Source of the DNA: an uncultured Dehalococcoidia bacterium | GTDB taxonomy: Bacteria; Chloroflexota; Dehalococcoidia; UBA6926 | Direction of reading: 5' to 3' | NCBI GenBank assembly: GCA_964653005.1 | Contig: CAZZAN010000003.1 | Location: 142,592-206,591 of the forward strand | Length of the DNA stretch: 64,000 bases | Shown here: in pieces, positions 19,149 to 28,598 of the stretch | Layout: each line of letters opens with the position of its first letter | Position numbering within the stretch: position 1 is the first letter of the stretch | Translations under genes and position numbers: made by a program | The notes under the pieces: model-generated | Seen by the model: the letters and a program-made list of their open reading frames with translations, nothing else | Database searches by the model: none | Told to the model about the DNA's origin: nothing

Positions 19149-19543
19149 GAGTGTCCTGCATCATAGTGCTTCCCCCTTGTTTGTGCCGCAGCACTGCTCT
19201 GCGGCCATTCGTGCCATTCCCACTTAATCCCCGCGACGCTGTGCATGAATGACAGTGCCGCCCGCGTTCCCTTCCTGACTCCTACGCTACGGCGCGGGGA
19301 TTAACGGTCAGAAAATGACGTGTATGGATTCAGTTAAGATTCTTCCGGACGAATTCAGGGGGCATTCTCGCCCAACTTTTCTCAATAGCCATGAGCTAAT
19401 TGCCATGCTTCAAGTACCGTTGCGGTCCATCCCAGTCAGGCAGGCATATGCTAGAGTACGTTCGCAGCCAGTAACTGTGCTTGCCTCTCGCATCAGCGTG
19501 GTTGGCGGGACTTGTGGATATTTGAACACAAGGGGGTGGGCCG

Positions 19544-20401
19544 TTGAGTACGGATAACGGTGGTATGGAAAGAGCCACCGACCGAAAAGCGGCGGTTGGG
19601 GAGAAGCAACCCCGCACGAAACATGGGGTTTCGTTTGTGGAGGAGCACGTCCGGAAACATGTCATGGACGGGTTCTTTGAGCTCGTTCCTTTGCTTGTTA
19701 CAGTTGCTGCCATCGCCTTCCTGGTTAGCTACGCAGATGCCCTAATCCGGCCCATTATTCGACTGCTGGGGCTACCGACACTTGAATTCACAATCGGGGG
19801 GATTGCCATCAGTTTGAGCGCTGATTTCTGGGGAGTAGGCGCAATTATTCTTCTGATTATCTTCTATTTGGTCGGCATTCTCCTTTCATTCGCTGTTGGC
19901 CGCAAGATCATGAACGGCTTCAGTGGTTTTCTGTCTGCGCTGCCTATCGTGAAGCTGATTTTTGGCATGATGAAGAAGGCGATGACCTCTATCAGGGGAA
20001 CCCAAACGAATTTCAGTCGCGTTGTCTTTGTTGAGTGGCCCCGGGAAGGAATGATGGCACTCGGTTTTGTTACCGGGCGCATCTATTCGCCAGAGACAAA
20101 TGCGACTATGGTGAGCGTCTATATCCCAACGATTCCCAACCCTACCTCCGGCAACATGGCGTTCGTATTTGAGGATGACGTCATAGAGACGAACCTGAAT
20201 CCCGACGATGCCATGAGGCTCGTGTTCTCAGGGGGCATCGTACTCCCGGATACTGTGAATCTTGCTCGCCTTTCCATGGACCTGGAGGAGCATCGAGTCT
20301 CGGAACTCGTGGGCACGTTCAAGACGATATCCGTACCGACCGCGGATGATGATTCAGCGATGCCCGCAGTTTCCCAGAACAGCACGGGTCCCAAGTCCTA
20401 G
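19544..20401 (+). CDS. DUF502-domain membrane protein
   Basis: TM helices, then 'VVFVEWPREGMMALGFVTG...IPTIPNPTSGNMAFVFEDDVIETNL', the DUF502 signature. Confidence 0.75.
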   Translation: MSTDNGGMERATDRKAAVGEKQPRTKHGVSFVEEHVRKHVMDGFFELVPLLVTVAAIAFLVSYADALIRPIIRLLGLPTLEFTIGGIAISLSADFWGVGAIILLIIFYLVGILLSFAVGRKIMNGFSGFLSALPIVKLIFGMMKKAMTSIRGTQTNFSRVVFVEWPREGMMALGFVTGRIYSPETNATMVSVYIPTIPNPTSGNMAFVFEDDVIETNLNPDDAMRLVFSGGIVLPDTVNLARLSMDLEEHRVSELVGTFKTISVPTADDDSAMPAVSQNSTGPKS

Positions 20402-20493
20402 CAAACAGGGCCCAAGCAACGATATACGGGGTGGCGCGTTGCGCCGTCCTCGACCTGATTTACTGACAGTGCCTCATATGGAAGACCACAAGT

Positions 20494-22830
20494 CTAGTCC
20501 TCTGCGGCAACCGCGGTCTCTGCCTGTTGGGAATCATCTCCCTGCGTCTCACCCGTTTCTTCCGCCATGAGGTCCTTCCCTGATTGCAACGGGATATCAA
20601 TGTGCATCTCTGTAAACTCATTCGGCGACGATTCCACCGAGATTGAACCGCCATGCCGCCGGACGATGTCATTGGATATTGCAAGACCCAGGCCCGTCCC
20701 CTTTTCCGGTGGCTTCGTAGTGAAGAATGGATTGAAGATCTTCTCCTTCACGTCGTCCGGCATTCCGACCCCATTGTCGCGAATGGTGACGCGTATCTTG
20801 TCCTCTTCACGGCGCGTCTTCAGCCATAGCATCGGAGTATAGCCGCCGGTGCTGCCTTCGGCAGCCAGGTTCTTGCGGCGAAGATCCGTGGCATAGCACG
20901 CGTTCGCCACCATATTGAGGAATACACGGCCCAACTCCTGCGGAATCACTTCCACTGTCCCGATGTTTGGATCGTAGTCCTCTTCTGTAGTCAGGTTGAA
21001 GTCAGCGTCAGTCGCACGTTGGCTGTGATAGGCGAGGCGGTACTGCTGGTCAACAAGGATGTTCATATCGACTTGCTCCCATTCACCGGTATCGCGGCCA
21101 ATCTGGAGCATGTCATGGACGATGCGATTGGCCCTGTCACCGTGGGACTTGATCCGGCCGAGGTTGTCGTGGAGGTCTCCAACAACTTCGTCCACATAGG
21201 AACGCTGATCGTCCGACAACTCGAACTTCGGATCCTCGAGGATTTCCTTGAGTTCATCGACGAGTTCCTGTGACGCTTCTGAGAAGTTGTTCATGAAGTT
21301 GAGCGGATTGCGGATTTCATGGGCGACGCCGGCCGTCAACTCACCCAGCGCGGCCAGTTTCTCTCTAAGGACGATCTGCCCCTGCGCCTGCCGCAGCTCA
21401 CCCAGTACTCCTTCAAGTTCCTCATTCTTGTCCTGCAATTCATTGGCGAGCTGCTCCACGAGATTCAGGCGCTGCACCTCCAGCGCGTGCCTCCGAAATA
21501 CCTCAAGCGCGGACGCCATAACGGCGACTTCATCCTGGCCGCCAATATCGACAGAGGATTCCAGATCACCCTCAGCCATGCTCTGCATGCGGTTGGATAG
21601 TGTGTTCAGGCGGCGGAGCAAAATGCGGCCGATGAATAGCCAAATCACCAACAGCGCCCCGATCACGCTCAGCGCCGTAATCACGACCAAGAGGATCCGC
21701 CCGGTGCGTATTGCCTGGGCAGAGGCCGCCGTAGCCGTCACAGTTCCTTCCTGTGACGCTATGACAAGGCCGTCCACTTCAGCCAACAACTCAATCGAAA
21801 GAGCACGGTTGCTCTCAAGGAGTTGTCGCTGAGCGCCCGCGATCTGGAGTGATTGGAGGACGACATCATAGATTCCGTTCTCGCTCAGGCCCAGGGCAAA
21901 GAATTCGTTCAGGATAGGTTGGGCCTGTTCATGGATCTCCGTACCCAGGAGAAAGTCCATATTGCGGTCAATTCTGCTCGTCGCCGCTTCAAACTCGGCC
22001 CTCAGGGAATCCACTAGCCTGGGGTCTGTTGCGGTAAACGCGCTAGCCAACTGCTCGCCGCCAATCTTGACTTCAGACTGAATCTCAACAAGGCGCCGAT
22101 ACCTCTCGACCTGCTCCTCCGAAAAATGTTCGAGCCTTTGGGCCTGATTCTGATCGATGCTGGGGAAGCCCGTCATGATGAAGAAAAACTGGTCATCAAT
22201 GGCCGGGACGAGGACTCCGTTGAGCTCGATCCCAAGATTGGTGAGTTTGATTTGATGCGTACTGCGCAAATCAATCAATTCAAAGGTGCCGTCTGTCTGC
22301 GCAGCAATGGAGTCGATGTTTGAGAGAAGGGTGTTTGCGTAATCTCTGATTACGCGGATGCGCTCAGGATCAACACCGGGCTGAGCCTCCAGTGCTGCCA
22401 TCTGGCTCTCGAACTCGTCATAGGCAGAGTCGATTTCCCCAACGACCCGGAGAAATTCCTGCCTGTTGTCAGCCGCCGTCAGACTTGGCGCGGCGGCGAC
22501 GAGGGTCTGTCCATATTGGGCGATGCCGAATGCGGACGCCAGTTCCGGCACGCTGCCCTCATTTACCTGATCCTGCGCATCGTTAATGCTGTTGAATGAG
22601 AACCACGCCACCAAGCTGGCCAGCAGGGTAAGCATAACTGCGCCGCCGATACTGAGATACAGCTGAGTCGCAATGCGAATGCGCCCCAGGATCCTTCCCC
22701 GAATTCCGCTTACGGGCGGGGCATGCCATTCTTCGGACTCAGTGTCCTGTCCGCCACCGTCACCTGCAACTGACTGTCCGCGACCCCCAGGCAACACTCC
22801 GCGAATTGCTCCGACCAACGGAATCTTCAT
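20494..22830 (-). CDS. sensor histidine kinase (2 TM, ~300-aa periplasmic domain, HAMP, HisKA, HATPase_c)
   Basis: H-box 'ELTAGVAHEIRNPLNF'. G-boxes 'IRDNGVGMP' and 'GTGLGLAI'. ATGA start/stop overlap with the upstream SBP gene. Confidence 0.85.
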   Translation of the reverse strand: MKIPLVGAIRGVLPGGRGQSVAGDGGGQDTESEEWHAPPVSGIRGRILGRIRIATQLYLSIGGAVMLTLLASLVAWFSFNSINDAQDQVNEGSVPELASAFGIAQYGQTLVAAAPSLTAADNRQEFLRVVGEIDSAYDEFESQMAALEAQPGVDPERIRVIRDYANTLLSNIDSIAAQTDGTFELIDLRSTHQIKLTNLGIELNGVLVPAIDDQFFFIMTGFPSIDQNQAQRLEHFSEEQVERYRRLVEIQSEVKIGGEQLASAFTATDPRLVDSLRAEFEAATSRIDRNMDFLLGTEIHEQAQPILNEFFALGLSENGIYDVVLQSLQIAGAQRQLLESNRALSIELLAEVDGLVIASQEGTVTATAASAQAIRTGRILLVVITALSVIGALLVIWLFIGRILLRRLNTLSNRMQSMAEGDLESSVDIGGQDEVAVMASALEVFRRHALEVQRLNLVEQLANELQDKNEELEGVLGELRQAQGQIVLREKLAALGELTAGVAHEIRNPLNFMNNFSEASQELVDELKEILEDPKFELSDDQRSYVDEVVGDLHDNLGRIKSHGDRANRIVHDMLQIGRDTGEWEQVDMNILVDQQYRLAYHSQRATDADFNLTTEEDYDPNIGTVEVIPQELGRVFLNMVANACYATDLRRKNLAAEGSTGGYTPMLWLKTRREEDKIRVTIRDNGVGMPDDVKEKIFNPFFTTKPPEKGTGLGLAISNDIVRRHGGSISVESSPNEFTEMHIDIPLQSGKDLMAEETGETQGDDSQQAETAVAAED

Positions 22831-24065
22831 GATGCTGACTCCACCAGCGTTTCAACGGGGTGATAAGTTCCATCAGCGCCGATCACAGTGAGATATACGG
22901 CGTCCGAGCCCTGATTGTCATTCTCCCCGAACTGCAGCCTGAACCCGTCGATACTGAGTAAACGGGCGTTCTGCAATGAGCGCAGGAAGCATTCTCGGTT
23001 CAGTTCCAGGCGGCAGGCGGCAATGCCCACGGCAGCAAGCCTGCCTGCAATATACCCTTCAAGAGAATAGACATTCGCTTCCGCATTCTCGTCGTAGGCG
23101 CGAAGTGCGTTCTCAAAAGTCACGACAATCTGTTCAGTTTGCTCGGTTACCAGGGGCATGACCTGTGTTGCATACACTCCTGCGCCAACGTTCCCCAACT
23201 GTTCCAGCAGCCGTCTGTTACCCGCCACGGAAACCGTGTAGAACTGCGTATGCATACCGGTTCGGTTGGCCCACTTGATCATTGTCACGGCAGGCTCGAA
23301 CGTACCAATCAGCAATACCGCCTCCGGGTGGGCCGGCACAATGTCCAGCAGGGCTGACTTAATCGCATTCGTATTCGGAGTATAGAGTCCCACAGCAACG
23401 GGCTCCATCTCGTGTGTTCTCAGGGCTTCCCGCGCTCCCGCGTAACCACTCCGCCCAAAGGCGTCGTCCTGGTAAAGCAAGCCAATGCGTGTTATTCCGC
23501 GCCTGTTAATGAGATAGTCGATGACCGCCTGTGTTTCCTGCTTATAGGAGGCACGAAGGTTTACCACGTTGTCCGGAGCGCCATCCCGGAGGAATTCCGC
23601 GCCCGTGTATGCGGCGATAACCGGGACTCCCTGCTCTGCCGCTATGGGCAAAACGGCGCGGACTGTTGGAGTGCCGGCTGAACCAAGGATCGCAAAGACC
23701 TGGTCTTCTTCGATGAAACGGTCCGTATTTCTGAGCGCTTTGGCCGGATCGTAGTCGTCGTCCAGTGTAATGAGGCTCAGTTTGCGTCCGTTTACTCCAC
23801 CTCGAGAATTGATCTCGTTGAATGCGGCCTCAATCCCTATTTGAAGGCTTGTACCGATCTCGCCGAAATCGACAGATTGCCCAAACAGAACCTGATCAGG
23901 TGTGACGCCAGGAGTCACCGCATCTTGATCTTGGGTGGTATCAGGCTCCGGGGTTGGAACTTCATCCTCTCCGGGTAAGCTGATTTCCGGCAGGCAGCCA
24001 ATCAGCAGCAACATGGCTCCGACAGCTACGGCAAACGCAATCCGGGCCAGCTTGGGCTTCACCAT
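22827..24065 (-). CDS. periplasmic substrate-binding lipoprotein, LivK/type-1 PBP fold (orphan SBP)
   Basis: Signal peptide with lipobox LLLIGC. Pro/Thr/Asp-rich linker. Body resembles branched-chain amino-acid/amide-binding PBPs. Confidence 0.8.
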   Translation of the reverse strand: MVKPKLARIAFAVAVGAMLLLIGCLPEISLPGEDEVPTPEPDTTQDQDAVTPGVTPDQVLFGQSVDFGEIGTSLQIGIEAAFNEINSRGGVNGRKLSLITLDDDYDPAKALRNTDRFIEEDQVFAILGSAGTPTVRAVLPIAAEQGVPVIAAYTGAEFLRDGAPDNVVNLRASYKQETQAVIDYLINRRGITRIGLLYQDDAFGRSGYAGAREALRTHEMEPVAVGLYTPNTNAIKSALLDIVPAHPEAVLLIGTFEPAVTMIKWANRTGMHTQFYTVSVAGNRRLLEQLGNVGAGVYATQVMPLVTEQTEQIVVTFENALRAYDENAEANVYSLEGYIAGRLAAVGIAACRLELNRECFLRSLQNARLLSIDGFRLQFGENDNQGSDAVYLTVIGADGTYHPVETLVESAS

Positions 24066-24078
24066 TCCAGCCTCGCCG

Positions 24079-24489
24079 CTAAAGTTTGGCGACCAACTTC
24101 ATCCTGTTCTTGTTGTCTGCCCGCACGTAGGAAACATCATCCATGATTGTCCGTACGATGTGGATGCCCCATCCTCCGATTCGACGATCCATCATTGGTC
24201 CATCGAGATCTGGGTGAGGCGCGTCATTGATTGGGTTGAAAGGCCGCCCATCATCGACGATCTCTATTGTAACTGTGGCGTCTTCTGTCTTCACGGACAA
24301 ATCGATATAGTGTGTTTCTTCATCAGTGTAGCCATAGTTCATGATATTCAGGGTTAGCTCTTCAAGAACAAGGTTGATCTTGTAGGTCAAATCAAGCGGC
24401 CATCCGCTCTCTTCACCGAGCTCTTCTATGGCAGCAGTAATCCGGTCCAACTCATCGTGCTTGGACTCAATGGTCATGGAGATGTCCAC
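24079..24489 (-). CDS. anti-sigma regulatory factor-type serine kinase (RsbW/SpoIIAB-like GHKL ATPase)
   Basis: 136 aa, HATPase_c_2 pattern 'LVLEELTLNIMNYG...IEIVDDGRPFNP...GGWGIHIVRTIMDDV'. Confidence 0.75.
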   Translation of the reverse strand: MDISMTIESKHDELDRITAAIEELGEESGWPLDLTYKINLVLEELTLNIMNYGYTDEETHYIDLSVKTEDATVTIEIVDDGRPFNPINDAPHPDLDGPMMDRRIGGWGIHIVRTIMDDVSYVRADNKNRMKLVAKL

Positions 24490-24498
24490 AGTGCAGTC

Positions 24499-25710
24499 CT
24501 AGTCATCCCTGCGCAAAACGAGACAGGTAATATCATCATGCTGCGCTGCGGTGCCTGCAAACTCCTTGATCACATCAATGACAGCAAGAGCCGTGCTTTC
24601 CGGGTCTTTGGGCGGCGATTGAGCAAAGTGATCGCGAACCCTTTGTATGCCCATCGGCTCCTGAGCTTCGTTCATGGCCTCGGTGACGCCGTCTGTCACG
24701 AAAATTACGCTGTCACCGGGGGCAAGGTCCACACTGTTTTCCATGTAGTCATAGTCCGGCGCAACACCCAGAACAATCCCTTGCGTGAGGGGAAGCTCTT
24801 CCGATGTACCGTCTGCTCGTATGAGCACAGGCGGATTCTCACCGCCGCTGGCATAGGTCAGTCGGCCCGACCGGGGGTCGAAGACAGAGTAGAGAACCGT
24901 AACGAACATACCCGTCTCATTGTCTTCGACCAGGAGGCTGTTGACCTCGGTCAGGACTTCACCGGGATGCCCTTTGCCCACGGCGGCACCTTTGAGCAAG
25001 GTGCGCGAGGACATCATGAAGAGTCCCGCGGCAACTCCTTTGTCGGACACGTCTGCAACCACCAGTCCGATGCGGTCGAACTGGAGGCGCATCAAATCGA
25101 AGAAATCGCCTCCGATGTTCCTCGCGGGGCGCATGGTGCCGTAGACCGAATATCCGGCGCCGGTGGGGAAAACGGTTGGCAGGATGGACTGCTGCATATT
25201 CTTTGCGACATCCAACTCATTTTGGATGGCAACCAGGCGATCCCGAACACTGAGCGCATCGCGCAATTCCTGGATATGCCGCAGTGTTCGGTCAATGGTA
25301 ACCCGTAGATCATCGAAGTCCACCGGCTTGGTAATGAAGTCGAACGCCCCACGATTCATCGCGGTGCGGATATTCTGCATGTCTCCGTAGGCGGAGATGA
25401 TGACAGAGCGGACATTGGGCTTTGCTTTCGGAATTTCCTGCAGCAGGGTAAGCCCGTCCATCTGCGGCATATTGATGTCGGACAACACCATATCGATGTC
25501 GTCGTCGTCTTCCAATTCCTTCAGGGCTTCAACACCGTTGTGAGCGAATACGAAGCTATACCGACCGGATCGAATCTCCCGACGCATGCGCTGACGGACG
25601 AGCGGCTCAAGATCAGGCTCGTCATCAACGACGAGAATTTTGTAGCCTGGTTGATCGTCCTGCAGTTCTTCAGTCTGCTCGGTGTTTTCGCTGGAAACGT
25701 CAGTGGTCAT
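24499..25710 (-). CDS. response regulator with PP2C/SpoIIE phosphatase output domain (RsbU/RsbY-like)
   Basis: REC domain with 'ILVVDDEP' and the phospho-acceptor context 'MVLSDINMPQMDG'. C-terminal PP2C motifs 'GGDFFD' and 'VADVSDKGVAAG'. GGGAGG SD. Confidence 0.85.
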   Translation of the reverse strand: MTTDVSSENTEQTEELQDDQPGYKILVVDDEPDLEPLVRQRMRREIRSGRYSFVFAHNGVEALKELEDDDDIDMVLSDINMPQMDGLTLLQEIPKAKPNVRSVIISAYGDMQNIRTAMNRGAFDFITKPVDFDDLRVTIDRTLRHIQELRDALSVRDRLVAIQNELDVAKNMQQSILPTVFPTGAGYSVYGTMRPARNIGGDFFDLMRLQFDRIGLVVADVSDKGVAAGLFMMSSRTLLKGAAVGKGHPGEVLTEVNSLLVEDNETGMFVTVLYSVFDPRSGRLTYASGGENPPVLIRADGTSEELPLTQGIVLGVAPDYDYMENSVDLAPGDSVIFVTDGVTEAMNEAQEPMGIQRVRDHFAQSPPKDPESTALAVIDVIKEFAGTAAQHDDITCLVLRRDD

Positions 25711-25798
25711 GAGCCTCCCTCAAGGAGCTCCCAGTGAACTGAGAACAGGCCGGACCAACGCCGGACCAACACTGCATGGGCCCGCGGCCCCACTCAAT

Positions 25799-26140
25799 TC
25801 ACTTCGAGATGGCTGCGGCTGCCTCGGCACGTGTCTCGTGGATCGCGATGATGTTGTCGAATCCACTGATCTTGAAGACTTCGCGAATAGGCTCTGTCAG
25901 TGAGCACAAAGCCAATTGCCCTCCCTGACGCTGAAGAGTCTTGGCAGTAAGCAAGATCACTCGCATCCCAGCACTGCTGATATACGACACATTCTCGAAG
26001 TCGATAATCAGAGCCTTATCCTCGGGCTGAATTACATTCTCCAGCGCGGCCTGGAACTCCTGCGCGCTTCCACTGTCTATCCTACCCTCCGTCTTGGCGA
26101 CGACGGTTACCTGATCTCTTTCAGCATCGACTTTCAGCAC
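25799..26140 (-). CDS. STAS-domain anti-sigma-factor antagonist (RsbV/SpoIIAA-like)
   Basis: 113 aa. The conserved phospho-Ser region 'DFENVSYISSAGMRVIL' is present. GTG start with a GGGAGG SD. Confidence 0.75.
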   Translation of the reverse strand: MLKVDAERDQVTVVAKTEGRIDSGSAQEFQAALENVIQPEDKALIIDFENVSYISSAGMRVILLTAKTLQRQGGQLALCSLTEPIREVFKISGFDNIIAIHETRAEAAAAISK

Positions 26141-26337
26141 GGTAACCTCCCACGGTACCCATATGGATTATCGGTAGTATGCCATACCGCAGACTACTCG
26201 ACTAGCAATCTTACCATTCACGTCCTCCCTACCACTGAGGCCTAATAATGCCGCTACTTGACGCTTGCTGCAAATCGAGTGGGTTCAGATTCGCCCGACA
26301 GGTTCAAACTGTCGCATAATGAACTAACCGGTTCCAT

Positions 26338-26423
26338 GCCGAAGTGGCGGAATGGCAGACGCGACGGTCTCAAACACCGTTGGGGGCAACCCCGTGTCGG
26401 TTCGACTCCGACCTTCGGCACCA
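26338..26423 (+). tRNA. tRNA-Leu (anticodon CAA)
   Basis: GCCGAAGTGGCGGAATGGCAGACGCGACGGTCTCAAACACCGTTGGGGGCAACCCCGTGTCGGTTCGACTCCGACCTTCGGCACCA. Long variable arm, anticodon loop CUCAAAC. Confidence 0.85.
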
Positions 26424-26485
26424 AGTGAGATAGTCTGAGCGTGCCACCGTCTACTCTCGGAGTTAATTGGCTGGCACATCGGCTT

Positions 26486-26559
26486 TGCCCGGTGGTGCAG
26501 TGGTAGCACAGGGGACTTTGGATCCTCTGACCCAGGTTCGAATCCTGGCCGGGCAGCCA
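26486..26559 (+). tRNA. tRNA-Gln (anticodon UUG)
   Basis: TGCCCGGTGGTGCAGTGGTAGCACAGGGGACTTTGGATCCTCTGACCCAGGTTCGAATCCTGGCCGGGCAGCCA. U1-A72 pair and G73 discriminator are typical of bacterial tRNA-Gln. Confidence 0.8.
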
Positions 26560-26565
26560 TAGAGA

Positions 26566-27549
26566 TTGCCGGAGCACGGGAGGTTCAGCATTACTTCAGA
26601 GCACGATTCCGGTCAGCCACGAGCACTGGTGACGGGCGGGGCCGGATTCATCGGCTCGCATTTGGTCAAGCGCCTTCTCAGTGACGGCTGGTACGTGACC
26701 ATCGTTGACGATCTTTCATCTTCGCGGACGAATGACCAGGAAGAGTCGAGCGCCACTCTGCACAAACTTGATATCGCCGATCCTGCCCTCGCAGATATTT
26801 TCGCGGAAGAACGACCGGAGGTCGTCTTTCATCTCGCCGCGCAGATTTCAGTTGCGCGCTCCATGCGCGAACCGGAGTTGGACGTTCACACCAACATCGT
26901 TGGCGGCATCAACCTTCTCCAACAATCCGTCCGCTTCGGCGTTAAGCGCGTCGTCTTGTTCTCAACCGGAGGCGCGCTTTACGGTGAGCCCGAGTACTTG
27001 CCCTGCGATGAGGCGCACCCTATCAAACCGCTCTCCGTCTATGGAGCGAGTAAGCAAGTGCTGGAACAGTACACACGCGTCATCGCAGAGAATAACGGCA
27101 TTGACTACATGGTCCTGCGCCCGGGCAACGTGTACGGCCCCGGCCAGAACCCGCACGGTGAGGCCGGTGTCGTTGCGATCTTCGGCTTGAAAATGCTGGC
27201 CGGTGAAGAGGTCACCATCTATGGCAACGGCGAGCAGGAACGTGATTACGTTTACGTTGATGACGTTGTGACAGCAGCCTTCGCCGCCATCCGACCTGAT
27301 GCTCCCGCAGCAGGCGTCTACAACATAGGAAGCGGCGCACCAACATCCGTCAACGAGATCTTTGCCCTGCTTGCGGCTGAAACAGGCTATGAACGTGCGC
27401 CCGTCCACGCCCCAGAACGGCCGGGCGATGTCCATCGGATTTACCTGGACACTTCCAAGGCACGCCATGAACTCGGCTGGACGCCGGAGATCGACTTACG
27501 CGAGGGCATCAATCGAGCCGTCGCCTCCCTCCGCCACAATCCCCGTTGA
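26566..27549 (+). CDS. NAD-dependent epimerase/dehydratase (GalE/UDP-sugar epimerase-like SDR)
   Basis: Rossmann 'LVTGGAGFIGSHL' and the catalytic 'YGASK' motif. Confidence 0.8.
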   Translation: MPEHGRFSITSEHDSGQPRALVTGGAGFIGSHLVKRLLSDGWYVTIVDDLSSSRTNDQEESSATLHKLDIADPALADIFAEERPEVVFHLAAQISVARSMREPELDVHTNIVGGINLLQQSVRFGVKRVVLFSTGGALYGEPEYLPCDEAHPIKPLSVYGASKQVLEQYTRVIAENNGIDYMVLRPGNVYGPGQNPHGEAGVVAIFGLKMLAGEEVTIYGNGEQERDYVYVDDVVTAAFAAIRPDAPAAGVYNIGSGAPTSVNEIFALLAAETGYERAPVHAPERPGDVHRIYLDTSKARHELGWTPEIDLREGINRAVASLRHNPR

Positions 27550-27603
27550 CCCTCAGCGTAGTCGAAGGGTCACCTCGCCCGCCTTTCCCACGAAAGCGGA
27601 AAG
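27542..27603. repeat. composite intergenic repeat, reverse-orientation copy (degenerate hairpin + GACCCTTCGAC..GCTGAGGGTCAACGG)
   Basis: RC reads TCCGCTTTCGTGGGAAAGGCGGGCGAGGTGACCCTTCGACTACGCTGAGGGTCAACGG. It overlaps the 3' end of the epimerase gene. Confidence 0.6.
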
Positions 27604-27653
27604 CTATATCGTGAATCACACACAAGAGCCGTCGCGCCCACCGATTTTGAGAT

Positions 27654-28598
27654 TTGAGTACTTCAACTGACATGTCTTCATCTATCCCGCCGGCCGGGCA
27701 GCCCACTGCCCTCTTACGGAAGCTGCGTGATGGCGAGTTCGTGACAACGGTGGAAGTTCATCCACCGCGCGGATTCTCGCTTGATCGAACCTTGGCCAGT
27801 CTCAAAACGCTCATGGAAAAGGTCCGCATTGACGCGTTCAACGCGACTGATGTGCCGCTGGCACAGGCCCGTATGAGCGCAGTCGCGTTGAGTGTCCTCT
27901 TGCAGCGGCAGACGGGAGTGGAGGCAATCCTGCACACCGCCACAAGGAATCGCAATGTGCTGGCGATACATGCCGACCTCATCGGCGCGCACGCGCTGAA
28001 TGTGCGCAATACGTTCGTCTTCTGGGGAGACAATCCAACCATTGGCGATTATCCGCAGGCGAGCAGCCTCTCCGACGTGACATCCTCCCAGTTGATTAGC
28101 GCTCTTAGCCGTCTGAACTCGGGCGAAGAGGTTGCGGGGCACACGCTTCAGGAGCCAACGTCATTCGCAATCGCCTGCGCCCTTAGTCCCAACGCACCGC
28201 ACATCGACGAGGAGATTGCGAGCCTGAAGCGCAAGGTTGAGGCAGGAGCGCACTACATCATGACGCAAACGGTTTTTGATCCTGCGCCGGTGCACCGACT
28301 CCACGATCAGCTCGGCGGATTTCCGCTCCCCGTAGTGCTCGGAGTGCTGCCGCTGCAGAGCGCACGCCACGCGGAGTTTCTCCATAACAATGTCCCGGGC
28401 ATGGTGATTCCTGAACCGATACGGCGGCGGCTGCATGCGGCGGGTGACAACGGCCGCGCGGAAGGAGCGGCTATCGCTCGTGAACTTATTGAGGAAACAC
28501 GCGAAATGATTGCCGGCGTCTACATGATTCCGTCATTTGGACGATATGACGTTGTAGCGGACGTATTAGCGGACAACAAGTCGGTCAGAGGTGCATGA
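27654..28598 (+). CDS. metF: methylenetetrahydrofolate reductase family protein
   Basis: 314 aa. TIM-barrel MTHFR-like features ('HYIMTQTVFDP'). Subfamily and cofactor not resolvable by eye. Confidence 0.65.
   Translation: MSTSTDMSSSIPPAGQPTALLRKLRDGEFVTTVEVHPPRGFSLDRTLASLKTLMEKVRIDAFNATDVPLAQARMSAVALSVLLQRQTGVEAILHTATRNRNVLAIHADLIGAHALNVRNTFVFWGDNPTIGDYPQASSLSDVTSSQLISALSRLNSGEEVAGHTLQEPTSFAIACALSPNAPHIDEEIASLKRKVEAGAHYIMTQTVFDPAPVHRLHDQLGGFPLPVVLGVLPLQSARHAEFLHNNVPGMVIPEPIRRRLHAAGDNGRAEGAAIARELIEETREMIAGVYMIPSFGRYDVVADVLADNKSVRGA

Noticed and set aside
26141-26337. Sigma factor or additional partner-switching gene between the STAS gene and tRNA-Leu
   Set aside because: Only 197 bp of lower-GC promoter-like sequence. 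There is no ORF.
27550-27653. Looked for a SAM (S-box) riboswitch upstream of the metF-like gene
   Set aside because: The region is mostly occupied by the reverse-orientation intergenic repeat. No SAM-I-like helices or conserved motifs were seen.
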